Shown one piece after another: positions 19,577-28,964 of a DNA stretch of 64,000 nt. Source of the DNA: a bacterium (GTDB lineage Bacteria > Patescibacteriota > Patescibacteriia > Patescibacteriales > GWE2-39-37); the NCBI GenBank assembly GCA_037146995.1, contig JBAWWA010000004.1, positions 4,077 to 68,076 on the forward strand, written 5' to 3'. The position numbers and the translations under genes were made by a program. Every line of letters begins with the position of its first letter. Position 1 is the first letter of the stretch. The notes beneath the pieces were generated by a model, which saw only the letters and a program-made list of their open reading frames with translations, was not told the DNA's origin and did not search any database.

Positions 19577-21082
19577 TTAAAAGTTCATTATTTCCTTTTC
19601 AATGTCTTCCTCATTTTCGTCCATTGGTACAAAAATTTCTTGCTCTCGTCCCGCGTTTTGTTGACCATGAACTTTTTTATTTTTAGATACCCAAACACGA
19701 ATTGGTGTCCCTAAAAAACCGAATTTTTCACGCAGGCGATTGCTGATAAATCTGACATAAGAGAAATGTAGCGTATCTTTGGCGCCAATTCTGACCTCAA
19801 ACATGGGCGGATTTGAACGGAGTTGAGTAAAACGTTTGATGTGTGGATGCTTTACACCTTTGGCCTTGGCTGGTAGATGAATCTTGACGATTTTCATCAT
19901 GAAGGTGTTGAGCGTTGTGTCGTTTAATTTTATTTTACGACCATCTGAAACCTTGATAATTAGGTCTAGTAATTTATTTACCTTTGAACCAGTCTTGGCA
20001 GACAAGAAATGTATGGGTGCCCAAATGGCAAAGGGGAATTTACGGTTGATGTTGAGCGTATATTTTTTAGTATCTTTATCCTCGATTAGATCCCATTTAT
20101 TGCCAATAATAATTAAACTTTTTTGTCGTTCTAGTATTTCTTCAACGACCTTGGCATCTTGATGAGTATAAGGTTCGGAAGCATCCACGATAAACAGGGC
20201 AATATCCGCCTCCGCTAGGCTGGTTAATGATTGTTCGATGCCGAGCTTTTCTAGTTTCTTGGGGTCGAATTTTTTTTCTGATCTCTGTCCTTGGCGACTA
20301 ATACCAGCTGTGTCGATTATTCTGATCGTCTTGTTTTTATATTCAATAACGGTGTCTTGAGGTTCTCTAGTTGTATGGGCAATCGGTGAAACAATGACTC
20401 GCTCTTCGCCGAGAATGGAATTAAATAAGCTGGATTTACCGACGTTTGGCTTGCCAATCATGATGACCTTGATTTCCTCAATTTCTGCCTCTTCAACTTC
20501 AGCAACTTTTTTGAATTTATTTTTGTCAGCCAAGAAATTCACAACCCGATCAAGCAAGTCTCCAGTGCCAGACCCTGTGGTTGCCGAGACTGTCAGTGGT
20601 TCACCTAGGGCAAGTTGATGAAACTCGCTGGCACGACTGCCTTGACGACGATAATTATCAACTTTATTGACTACCAACATTACTTTGTCTATTTTGTGGT
20701 TGAGTAACTTCTTGATAAGAATGGCTAGGCTGCGATCTTGCGGTAATAGGCCAGCCTTGGCATCAACTAAAAACAACACCACATCGGCTTTTTCGAGATA
20801 TGACTTGGCCTTTGCTTCAATTTTTGCCTGAATAATATCGGTTTCTCGATTTTGCTTGGGATTTAGGAACTGATCGAGATTAATAATACCTCCAGTATCA
20901 ACAAGCTCGAACTCATGATTTTGCCATTCGACTGTATTTAAATTGGCATCTCTAGTTGTGCCCTCAATGTCGGAAACAATGGCCCGACCGCTTTCAGTCA
21001 GGGCATTGAAGAGTGTGGATTTGCCGACATTTGTTCGGCCGAAAACGACGACTAAGGGTAATTTTTTTATAATTTTTTTCAT
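19577..21082 (-). CDS. der: Ribosome-associated GTPase Der (EngA), with an acidic C-terminal extension
   Basis: Two tandem G domains (GRTNVGKST..DTGG..NKVD; GKPNVGKSS..DTAG..NKWD) and a KH-like C-terminus. Confidence 0.95.
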   Translation of the reverse strand: MKKIIKKLPLVVVFGRTNVGKSTLFNALTESGRAIVSDIEGTTRDANLNTVEWQNHEFELVDTGGIINLDQFLNPKQNRETDIIQAKIEAKAKSYLEKADVVLFLVDAKAGLLPQDRSLAILIKKLLNHKIDKVMLVVNKVDNYRRQGSRASEFHQLALGEPLTVSATTGSGTGDLLDRVVNFLADKNKFKKVAEVEEAEIEEIKVIMIGKPNVGKSSLFNSILGEERVIVSPIAHTTREPQDTVIEYKNKTIRIIDTAGISRQGQRSEKKFDPKKLEKLGIEQSLTSLAEADIALFIVDASEPYTHQDAKVVEEILERQKSLIIIGNKWDLIEDKDTKKYTLNINRKFPFAIWAPIHFLSAKTGSKVNKLLDLIIKVSDGRKIKLNDTTLNTFMMKIVKIHLPAKAKGVKHPHIKRFTQLRSNPPMFEVRIGAKDTLHFSYVRFISNRLREKFGFLGTPIRVWVSKNKKVHGQQNAGREQEIFVPMDENEEDIEKEIMNF

Positions 21083-21087
21083 GTTCT

Positions 21088-22578
21088 TTATTTAGTGGTC
21101 GTTGCGTCTTTACCAATTACGATTATGAAGTCCGGTTGCTGATAATTATTGGTATAATTCTTATCGGTCTCTAGATCTTTTTTTAGCCAATTAGGTAGTT
21201 CAACACTAACTTGATTATATTGATTTTTTAAAAAATTTAAGGTTTCTGGTTTTTGCGCGTTTGACAGGTCGTACACGATAGTGGTGGTTGATGTTCTGAG
21301 GCTGGCATTTGAGATGTCAGCGATTATTAGTCCATGTGATTTTAAGTCAGTTGAAAAACGCGTGGCTAAGCCGCTGATTTTTGTGCCATTTTTCACGGCG
21401 ATATTGGCCTTTTCGGCCGTGACATCGATAGTTAGTTTGGCAGGTATCTCGTCAAATATATTGGCCATTAAATTCTGAACTTCGGAGAAATTGCCCGCCC
21501 GTGGCACGAGAATATAGGCACCGTCTTGGCCGCGGTCGTCAGTTAGCAAACCATCTGGGCTATTATCTAGGACCTTGTTTACGATTTGCTCTCTTTTGAC
21601 ATCTTTGAGCAATGTCCAGGCTCTCATCATGTTGGTAATAGTTAGGTTGGTCTCAGAATGTGTCTTGTAATTATCAATCATCTTGCTAATCAAGGCAGGC
21701 TTTAGAAGTAGTCCTGATGACAAAAGCTTGTCCTTTGTGGCTTCGATAATTTTTTGTTGTCTTTTGGCTCTGGCAAAGTCTGAGCCTTCATTTCCAAGAC
21801 CATGTCTTGACCTGGCAAATTTTAGGGCCAGGGCGCCATCCATATGTTGCAAGCCTGGTTCAACATGAAGATGCTCCCAACGTGAGTAATAACTTGGATT
21901 GTCTTCTTGGCCGAGAATCGGGTATTTGTAATCATCTAATACGTTATCGACAGTTACATCAACGCCACCAAGATCGTCAATGAATTTGGCAAAGCCTTCA
22001 AAGTCGATTTTTACATAATAATCAATAGGCGTGTTGAAAATTTGAGTGAAAGCCTGACTAATAGCGGCACCACCAGTTCCCGGATGATCTTTTTCGGCAA
22101 AGGCATTGACTGAATTGATTTTACGCCAGCCATAGCCCTCGATAGGCACAGTTAAGTCTCTGGGTACTGAGACCATGGCAATTCTTTTGTTGGTTGTGTC
22201 AATTGATAAGAGCATAATCGTGTCCGTGAGCTCACCGCCATCATGACCCTTGCCGCCAAGCCCTAATAATAGGATATTGACTCGACCACGGTCCTCGCCA
22301 TTTAATTTTTTTTCACCTAGACCAGTTAACTTTTGAATATTGCTTACAATTGAAAAATTTGTTAGCCAATTGTTATTGGCTTGGTCGTTTTGACCTGAAA
22401 TGGTCTTGGTTGTTGCCAGGGCTAAACCGATAAAGGCAAAAATACCTAAAATTATGCTAACTTTAAGCCAATATTTATAGGGGTTGTTTTTTTTTAGGGG
22501 TGATTTTACTTTTTCGAGGTTATTGTCTGAATAGACACCATAGAGCTCGTTATGTGAATCATTTATATTGTTTTCCAT
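21088..22578 (-). CDS. LytR-CpsA-Psr (LCP) family cell-envelope phosphotransferase with a LytR_C domain
   Basis: N-terminal TM helix, LCP core (NILLLGLGGKGHDGGELTDTIMLLSID, VSVPRDL, FARSRH) and a C-terminal LytR_C-like region. Confidence 0.85.
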   Translation of the reverse strand: MENNINDSHNELYGVYSDNNLEKVKSPLKKNNPYKYWLKVSIILGIFAFIGLALATTKTISGQNDQANNNWLTNFSIVSNIQKLTGLGEKKLNGEDRGRVNILLLGLGGKGHDGGELTDTIMLLSIDTTNKRIAMVSVPRDLTVPIEGYGWRKINSVNAFAEKDHPGTGGAAISQAFTQIFNTPIDYYVKIDFEGFAKFIDDLGGVDVTVDNVLDDYKYPILGQEDNPSYYSRWEHLHVEPGLQHMDGALALKFARSRHGLGNEGSDFARAKRQQKIIEATKDKLLSSGLLLKPALISKMIDNYKTHSETNLTITNMMRAWTLLKDVKREQIVNKVLDNSPDGLLTDDRGQDGAYILVPRAGNFSEVQNLMANIFDEIPAKLTIDVTAEKANIAVKNGTKISGLATRFSTDLKSHGLIIADISNASLRTSTTTIVYDLSNAQKPETLNFLKNQYNQVSVELPNWLKKDLETDKNYTNNYQQPDFIIVIGKDATTTK

Positions 22579-22829
22579 GGCATAACAAATACAGCCACTG
22601 ACAAAGTGGCATTTAATTAAAAAATTATTTTTATTATAATGTTTTTTTAATAATTATGCAAGTGATAAGACATTTTCAGAATCACTTTAGCCATTCTTGG
22701 TTTTGAGTGATTTTTTTGATTTTTGCTCATAAAATCAAGTGGAAGATATTTTTGATCAAGTTTTCTGAGGGGCTTGATTTTGATGTCAATTAATGGTATA
22801 ATTTTCAGCAGTTAAATATTAAAATCTCT

Positions 22830-23417
22830 ATGCTAAAAGAACAAATCAAGGCTTTATTTGGTCAGGTTTTCGAGTTGATTAAGATTGTGGTTATATCATT
22901 GGCTATCATTATACCCATAAGATATTATTTGATTCAGCCATTTTATGTAAAAGGTGCTTCGATGGAGCCAACTTTTTATGATCAAGAATATTTGATTGTT
23001 AATGAAATAGGCTATAGAATAAATCCGCCGCAACGAGGCGATGTGATAGTTTTTCGTTATCCTCGTGATCCTCAAGAGTATTTTATTAAGAGAATTATCG
23101 GTTTGCCGGGTGAAAAAGTTCAAGTCAAGGATGGTAAGGTAATAATATTTAATCAGGCGAATAACTGGCAAGGTGCAACAGTCATTGAGGATTATTTACC
23201 AAAAAATTTAAAAACTTACGGCATGAATGATGACATAGTGACTCTCAGTAGTGAAGAGTATTATGTTTTGGGTGATAATCGAAATGCCTCTAAAGATTCA
23301 CGAGTTTTTGGTCCGGTTAATAAAAGTTTTTTAATCGGCCGAGTGTGGCTACGCGGTTTTCCGTTTAGTCGAGCTCAATATTTTCCAGAAAAGTTAACCC
23401 CATTGAATATCAATTAA
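22830..23417 (+). CDS. lepB: Signal peptidase I
   Basis: Catalytic Ser box GASMEPT, Lys box KRIIGLPGE, GDNRNASKDSR. Confidence 0.92.
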   Translation: MLKEQIKALFGQVFELIKIVVISLAIIIPIRYYLIQPFYVKGASMEPTFYDQEYLIVNEIGYRINPPQRGDVIVFRYPRDPQEYFIKRIIGLPGEKVQVKDGKVIIFNQANNWQGATVIEDYLPKNLKTYGMNDDIVTLSSEEYYVLGDNRNASKDSRVFGPVNKSFLIGRVWLRGFPFSRAQYFPEKLTPLNIN

Positions 23418-23423
23418 TATATT

Positions 23424-24770
23424 ATGACAAAAATTTTTGAAAAGAAGAAAGTTGAAAAAGAGGACTTTCAAAAAAAGAAAGGAGTGAAATCTTATTCACG
23501 CTTGCGTGGCATGCGCGATATTTTGTTTGATGAATATAGATATTGGGACTTGGTGATCAAGAAGGCCAATGATTTGTCACGTGCCTATGGTTTTAAACGT
23601 CTGGATACGCCAGTTTTGGAGAAGTTGGAAATGTATGAACGATCATCTGGCAAGTCGAGTGATATCGTGACCAAAGAGATGTATTCATTTTTAGATAAAA
23701 GTGGAGAGAAGGTCGCTCTGAGGCCAGAGATTACGCCAGGCTTAGTACGTGCTTATGTTGAGCATGGTATGTTTAATATGCCTCAACCTATCAAAATGTT
23801 TACGATCGGTGCTGCTTTTCGTCATGACAAACCGCAAGCAGGTCGCTATCGACAGTTTCATCAACTAGACGTTGAGATGTTTGGCGAAGCTGGTCCAGTG
23901 GCTGACGTGCAATTGATTTTGTACGCCTATAATTTTTTCAAGGAGTTGCAGCTTGATATTTCGATTCAGATAAACAGTATCGGTTGTAAAGATTGTCGCA
24001 AGTCGTATCTTGATAAGTTAGTGAAATATTATAAAGACAGGAGCCGTAGTCCAAAACTGTGCGTTGATTGTAAGAAGAGAATTATCAAAAATCCTCTCAG
24101 ATTACTTGATTGCAAAGAGGAGGTTTGTGTGGCTATGAGAGCGGAGGCGCCGCAAATGGTTGATTCATTGGATGATGGTTGCCGTGAACATTTTGTCAAA
24201 GTCTTGGAATATTTGGATGAACTAGGCGTAAACTATAATCTTGATCCATTCTTGGTCCGTGGCCTTGATTATTATAATCGCACAGTGTTTGAGGTGGTAT
24301 TAGAAGAGGCAAGTGAAAGTCGACAGATGGCTCTTGGCGGTGGCGGACGTTATGACGAGTTAGTGGAATTTATGGGTGGTCGCCCAACCGCAGCCTGTGG
24401 TTTTGGTCTAGGTATCGAACGGACGATTCTGGCCATCAAAGAAAAGAATATTCCACTGAAGCAGGAAGAAGTAACCGATGTTTTTATTGCACAGTTAGGT
24501 GAGACCTCTAAGCGCAAGGCGATGACTATTTTTGAGGACTTGCGTCGGGCCGGCATTAGTGTTGGTCAGCTATTCGCCAAGGATAGCCTGAAGCATCAGT
24601 TAGAGGAGGCAAATCGTCTAGGTGTGAGGTTTAGTCTGATTTTGGGACAAAAGGAGCTGTCAGACGGGACAATAATGATCAGAGATATGGAATCTGGCGT
24701 TCAAGAGGTGGTTGACCTTAATAAAACTAGGCAAGAAGTTGAAAAGCGCTTAAATATTGCAAAAGGTTAG
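23424..24770 (+). CDS. hisS: Histidine--tRNA ligase
   Basis: Class IIa motifs (LRPEITPGLVR, FRHDKPQAGRYRQFHQ, GGGGRYD, GFGLGIER) and an anticodon-binding domain. Confidence 0.95.
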   Translation: MTKIFEKKKVEKEDFQKKKGVKSYSRLRGMRDILFDEYRYWDLVIKKANDLSRAYGFKRLDTPVLEKLEMYERSSGKSSDIVTKEMYSFLDKSGEKVALRPEITPGLVRAYVEHGMFNMPQPIKMFTIGAAFRHDKPQAGRYRQFHQLDVEMFGEAGPVADVQLILYAYNFFKELQLDISIQINSIGCKDCRKSYLDKLVKYYKDRSRSPKLCVDCKKRIIKNPLRLLDCKEEVCVAMRAEAPQMVDSLDDGCREHFVKVLEYLDELGVNYNLDPFLVRGLDYYNRTVFEVVLEEASESRQMALGGGGRYDELVEFMGGRPTAACGFGLGIERTILAIKEKNIPLKQEEVTDVFIAQLGETSKRKAMTIFEDLRRAGISVGQLFAKDSLKHQLEEANRLGVRFSLILGQKELSDGTIMIRDMESGVQEVVDLNKTRQEVEKRLNIAKG

Positions 24771-24846
24771 TTGTTTGACAAAATCAACTAAATATATTAG
24801 TATTTAAGGGCTAATTTATATAATCAATAGAAGGGATGGTGTTCAC

Positions 24847-25083
24847 GTGGTAGAATCAAAACGTAAAAAGGATGAAAGTTTCGAGGCATTTTTGCGCCGC
24901 TTTAATAAGCGCATACAGCAAAGTGGTAAGCTTAAAGAAGCTCGAGGATCTCAATATCACAAGGGCGACAAGAGTCATAACTTGAAGCGTCGTAGTGCTT
25001 TGATATCTTTGGAAATGAAATCAAAATTTGAATATTTGCGCAAAGTCGGCAAACTCAAAGATGAAAATAAGAATCGTTGGTAA
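24847..25083 (+). CDS. rpsU: 30S ribosomal protein S21
   Basis: GTG start. ESFEAFLRRFNKRIQQSGKLKEAR..YHK is typical of bS21. Purine-rich GGGATGG upstream. Confidence 0.85.
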   Translation: MVESKRKKDESFEAFLRRFNKRIQQSGKLKEARGSQYHKGDKSHNLKRRSALISLEMKSKFEYLRKVGKLKDENKNRW

Positions 25084-25092
25084 ATATATGAA

Positions 25093-25127
25093 ATTACGGC
25101 ATCTATCATGATGTCGTAATTTTTTTT
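25093..25127 (+). terminator. Intrinsic terminator after rpsU
   Basis: 10-bp stem 25093-25102 / 25111-25120 (one G-U pair), followed by a T-run to 25127. Confidence 0.8.
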
Positions 25128-25145
25128 ATAATTAATAAATTCAAA

Positions 25146-25595
25146 ATGTCACTACAAGATCAAATATCAAATGATATCAAGGATGCGATGAGGGCTAAAG
25201 ATGCTGATAAATTGTCAGTACTGAGAATGTTGAATGCCGCCATTAAAAATAAAATCATTAGCTTGCGAAACGGAGAATTAGTGGTTTTGACCGATGAGCA
25301 GGTGAAAGAGGTTATTGCGAGTGAGGTAAAAAAACGTCAAGATTCGGCTATTGAATATGAAAAGGGTGGCAGGCCAGAATTGGCAGCGAAAGAGACGGCT
25401 GAGGTGTCCATGCTAGTCGGCTATTTGCCAACCCCGATGTCTGACGATGAATCGGCAACAGGAATCAAAGAGGTGTTGGACGGGGCGGAAAAGCAAGATT
25501 TTGGCTTAATAATGAAAGAGGTGATGGCTAAGTTTAAGGGCAAAGTTGATGGTCGCAGGGCCGGCGAGATGATTAAAAAGCTGATGCAAAAATAA
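25146..25595 (+). CDS. yqeY: GatB/YqeY-domain protein
   Basis: Full-length YqeY pattern (IKDAMRAKD..LSVLRML.AAIKN, SAIEYEKGGRPELAAKE, YLP). Confidence 0.85.
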   Translation: MSLQDQISNDIKDAMRAKDADKLSVLRMLNAAIKNKIISLRNGELVVLTDEQVKEVIASEVKKRQDSAIEYEKGGRPELAAKETAEVSMLVGYLPTPMSDDESATGIKEVLDGAEKQDFGLIMKEVMAKFKGKVDGRRAGEMIKKLMQK

Positions 25596-25597
25596 TT

Positions 25598-25633
25598 TAA
25601 AAAAATGCCGACATTATTTGTCGGCGTTTTTTT
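25598..25633. terminator. Bidirectional intrinsic terminator
   Basis: Stem GCCGACA 25607-25613 / TGTCGGC 25619-25625, A-run before and T-run after. Confidence 0.8.
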
Positions 25634-27122
25634 AAAGTGAGTTGTTGATATAGTAATCGACCGGAGCAAAATTGTCTGTCAGGATCGGGATGTCTTCGGC
25701 AACTTCTTTTTTCCAAAGATGACTCAATTGGGCGTTGGTTTGTTGGCTTTGACTTGTGAGGCTTGGTTTGATTGCTGACTTAGTGGCTACGAGAATGATA
25801 TTTTGAATCTCTGTGCCGTTACTTGGTTTGGTGATTGGGAATAAAAATACTTGAGGAAAGATTTTTTTGTAGGTCGCATATTCAGCTCGTAGAAACTTGC
25901 CGTTATCACCATCGATAGCGGAAATTAAATTCAAGACGACTGTGCCATTGTCATTCAGGAGGTTATATTTTTTTTGCACGGCCTCTATGGTTGTGAGTTG
26001 GTAGGGGATAGAATAGTGAGAGCTAAAGGCATCACCAAAAATGATGTCATATTTTTTAGTGGTTTGATTTAGATAAACGCGTCCATCTTCATGATATATG
26101 GTTAAACGAGGATCGTCTTTGAGATTAAAATATTTTTTGGCGAGTTCGGTGATTTTCGGGTCAATCTCTATTACATCCATGGTTGCATCGGGATAAGTAG
26201 TTAGAAAATTTTTCGGGAAAGAGTAGCCAGCGCCTCCTAGCATTAAAGTCTTTTTAAAATCTGGATTAAAGTGCTTGGCTAGATGGTAATATTTGGTGTA
26301 TTCGTTGACTAGGAAGCTGCTATTATCGAGAAACATTGAGGAATGGTTTTCATTATTGATGCCCATGCGTTTGACCATTTTGCCAGTTGCTTGGTCTTTG
26401 GTATTGTAGATCAGGATGCGATTATAGGCAGTATCGACATCGACCAAGCTGATTTTTTTGGCAATATTGCCGAATTCATTAAACATAAATAGGCCTAATA
26501 TGGCAGCTGACAATAGCAGGATCCGAGTTTTAAATAAGTTTTTAAGTGATAGCGATAGAGAGATGATTATTAGTAAAATTACCATCATAAAGAGCAACTT
26601 GTTGGTGCCGTAGTTGGGAATCAAATAAAAACCAGCCAAAAATGTACCGATAATGCTACCCGCAGTTGAGATGGCATAAAGATTGCCGACTGTAACGCCA
26701 GAGTTGCTCAGATGCTCAATTTTTAAACGCACCGTATAGGGTGATACCATGCCGAGCAGGATGCTGGCTGGTGAAAACAAAATACTGGCGGCAATTGTGG
26801 CAGCAATTTTTGCATCAGCAATGGTGTATTGCAAGTAATTTAAAAGTGATCTTTTTATGAAGATTGAGATAAAAATCGATATGGCTGAGGCGAGAATAAT
26901 CGAGGCTAAATAGTTGATATTAGGCTTTTTGTCAGCGAGGCGTCCTCCAAAATAATAACCAAGACTGAGGCTACCCAGGATTATACCTATTAAACTGGTC
27001 CAAACAAAAGTTGAAGTGCCAAAGTATGGCCCTAAAACTCTGGATCCAACCAATTCAAAAACCATAACAATGGCGCCACACAAAAAGGTTACGATTTCTA
27101 GTGTATATTTTTTGAAATTCAT
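25632..27122 (-). CDS. Membrane-fused spermidine synthase-like aminopropyl/methyltransferase
   Basis: About 7 N-terminal TM helices, then a spermidine-synthase-type Rossmann domain (TLMLGGAGYSFP, VIEIDPKITELAKKYF, DIIFGDAFS). Confidence 0.75.
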   Translation of the reverse strand: MNFKKYTLEIVTFLCGAIVMVFELVGSRVLGPYFGTSTFVWTSLIGIILGSLSLGYYFGGRLADKKPNINYLASIILASAISIFISIFIKRSLLNYLQYTIADAKIAATIAASILFSPASILLGMVSPYTVRLKIEHLSNSGVTVGNLYAISTAGSIIGTFLAGFYLIPNYGTNKLLFMMVILLIIISLSLSLKNLFKTRILLLSAAILGLFMFNEFGNIAKKISLVDVDTAYNRILIYNTKDQATGKMVKRMGINNENHSSMFLDNSSFLVNEYTKYYHLAKHFNPDFKKTLMLGGAGYSFPKNFLTTYPDATMDVIEIDPKITELAKKYFNLKDDPRLTIYHEDGRVYLNQTTKKYDIIFGDAFSSHYSIPYQLTTIEAVQKKYNLLNDNGTVVLNLISAIDGDNGKFLRAEYATYKKIFPQVFLFPITKPSNGTEIQNIILVATKSAIKPSLTSQSQQTNAQLSHLWKKEVAEDIPILTDNFAPVDYYINNSL

Positions 27123-27186
27123 TTGTGCTTGAAATATTAAAATCTGACCTTGTGTTAATTATAGTTTTAATTAGTCCATACAGCAA

Positions 27187-27219
27187 ATAAAAAAGACTCA
27201 ATCCTGGTTGATTGAGTCT
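27187..27219 (-). terminator. Intrinsic terminator of the 27226-27753 ORF
   Basis: Stem 27194-27203 / 27210-27219 (AGACTCAATC / GATTGAGTCT); U-run on the minus strand (27187-27193). Confidence 0.8.
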
Positions 27220-27225
27220 TACGGT

Positions 27226-27753
27226 TTATTCACAGTCAAGTCGTATAATGGCCAATGAGGCGTTGGTGACGATTTGAAAATTTGTGTTACCATTGGCATT
27301 TGGTAACTTGAGATGGTGATAATGGTTAAACACTCCATTCTTTACCTTGAGAAGGGGTAATTTTTGTGAATTAATCTCAAGAATGAAGTTTCTGACATTC
27401 CTAATTGAGAGCTCGTCGTTCATGACAACAAAAAATTCGTTGGTTAGCTCGTTTTTCACGGCCATCACTTTAGTAGTTTTTGGGCGAATGCCTTTTTTCT
27501 GAGGTGCTGGATGATGAGCTTCAAAGAAAATAAAGTCGGTTTGGCCAACTGAGATGTTACCGCCGCCGATTGGCTTGAAGTAGTCGATAAATGGCTTGAC
27601 CACTACTTCATTGTTTAGTTGGTCATTGGAGGCTAGGGCAATAATACTTATCAGCCCGACTTTGTTATTGCGTTTGGCGTGATTAATAGTGATAAAATTG
27701 TCATTGATTACGACCAATCTTGCCTTTGGTTGATGGTGATTTGGAATTTGCAA
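27226..27753 (-). CDS. Hypothetical protein (175 aa), orphan
   Basis: TTG start preceded by GGAGGTG (minus strand acGGAGGTGccccTTG); has its own terminator. Confidence 0.6.
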   Translation of the reverse strand: MQIPNHHQPKARLVVINDNFITINHAKRNNKVGLISIIALASNDQLNNEVVVKPFIDYFKPIGGGNISVGQTDFIFFEAHHPAPQKKGIRPKTTKVMAVKNELTNEFFVVMNDELSIRNVRNFILEINSQKLPLLKVKNGVFNHYHHLKLPNANGNTNFQIVTNASLAIIRLDCE

Positions 27754-27855
27754 GGGGCACCTCCGTAGTTTATTTGACTGCAGAACAATAGATTACCTTA
27801 TAGTATTTTTTTATTATTGTAAAGAGGGGTTTGTAATTGGTTAAAAAAGCCAAAT

Positions 27856-28182
27856 TTACGACAAATCGTTAATTTCTGACACTATTTTATCGTATAATTC
27901 ATCACGGTATTCGTTCCAAGCTTGAATGCTGGCATCACTCAAGCATTCTTTGGCAGCTTCAATTTCACCGACTGCCAAATAGAGATGTGCCCGTTTGAGG
28001 TTTAAGTTTATTTGGGCCAAGGCGTAGTCATTTGTGAGCTCTGCTAGCTTCTCTTGATCAATTGTCCATTCGATGAGTAGTTTCTGGGTTTCAGGGTCTT
28101 TTGCACCCTTGGCTTTAAACGAGTCAATTAATTTTTGTTCATTAACTCTCTCGTTATTGAAAACTGGAAAATTTTCTTTCAT
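27856..28182 (-). CDS. Hypothetical helical protein (108 aa), orphan
   Basis: ORF only; helix-rich, TPR-like composition. No clear Shine-Dalgarno sequence. Confidence 0.5.
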   Translation of the reverse strand: MKENFPVFNNERVNEQKLIDSFKAKGAKDPETQKLLIEWTIDQEKLAELTNDYALAQINLNLKRAHLYLAVGEIEAAKECLSDASIQAWNEYRDELYDKIVSEINDLS

Positions 28183-28274
28183 TTGTTTGACGATGTTTTA
28201 AATCGATAAAAATAAGTTTTTTTGGATTTTTTTATGCAAATAGATTATGGCAGAACAGGGAATGATAGTGACGA

Positions 28275-28293
28275 CGCAGCGATTTTGCCGAAC
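28275..28293 (+). repeat. Copy 1 of a perfect 19-nt direct repeat CGCAGCGATTTTGCCGAAC
   Basis: Identical to 28940-28958. Here it is followed by its own small hairpin TGCCGA-acgta-TCGGCA (28286-28302). Confidence 0.9.
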
Positions 28294-28424
28294 GTATCGG
28301 CATCTCCTTAATAAAAAATAAAAGGGTGGGGAAATTTGAGCCGAGGGAAATTAACTTTCCATTTAAATATGAAAGTGTCGATTTTAAGATCCAGATATGC
28401 CGTGTTCTACGATGTTTCTCAAAA

Positions 28425-28730
28425 CTACTTCTTTATCGGCTCGCACCATTGATAGCTATCCAAACATTTCATCTCATTACGCACATATCCATCACCACAA
28501 ATGTTATTTTCGCTTAGCTTGTAGTTGCCTGCTTTCATAGCACCAACAGACGAAATACAACAATCATCATATTTATTTTTTGACTCACATTTTTTTGCCA
28601 ACTCATCATAATAATCGCCGACACTTGTAACTTCAACTTTTTTATTTAAATGCGTAACTACGTATAATCCAACAGCTGAGGCAACTATAATCGCCCCGAC
28701 TAATAAAACAATCTTCGTTAATTTTTTCAT
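28425..28730 (-). CDS. Small secreted Cys-rich protein (101 aa)
   Basis: N-terminal signal/anchor helix (KIVLLVGAIIVASAVGLYVV) and 7 Cys in the mature part. Lies between the two 19-nt repeat copies. Confidence 0.6.
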   Translation of the reverse strand: MKKLTKIVLLVGAIIVASAVGLYVVTHLNKKVEVTSVGDYYDELAKKCESKNKYDDCCISSVGAMKAGNYKLSENNICGDGYVRNEMKCLDSYQWCEPIKK

Positions 28731-28766
28731 ACGTTTTTAAATGAATAGTTTTGAGAAATTTCGCCC

Positions 28767-28958
28767 AATGGGCCCGGGCTTATGCGAAGTGGCGCCCGCG
28801 ATAGCGAGGCGACATTTCGCATAAGCCCGAGTTCGGCGATGTCGTGGTGACTGCCGAAGGCGGGCGACGCGGCATTGACGGACTCGGGGAACCCGGGCCC
28901 ATTCGGCAAATTAGCGGAGCTGCGAGCGAGAGCGAGAGGCGCAGCGATTTTGCCGAAC
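28767..28958. other. GC-rich multi-helix element (candidate structured ncRNA, folded-DNA recombination site, or MITE)
   Basis: Nested perfect helices: 28767-78/28892-903 (12 bp), 28779-88/28816-25 (10 bp), 28826-32/28882-88 (7 bp), 28832-37/28853-58 (6 bp), 28902-10/28949-57 (9 bp), 28919-24/28940-45 (6 bp). No known RNA-family signature recognised. Confidence 0.6.
28940..28958 (+). repeat. Copy 2 of the perfect 19-nt direct repeat CGCAGCGATTTTGCCGAAC
   Basis: Identical to 28275-28293. Forms the 3' side of the last helix of the GC-rich element. Confidence 0.9.
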
Positions 28959-28964
28959 TCGTTA

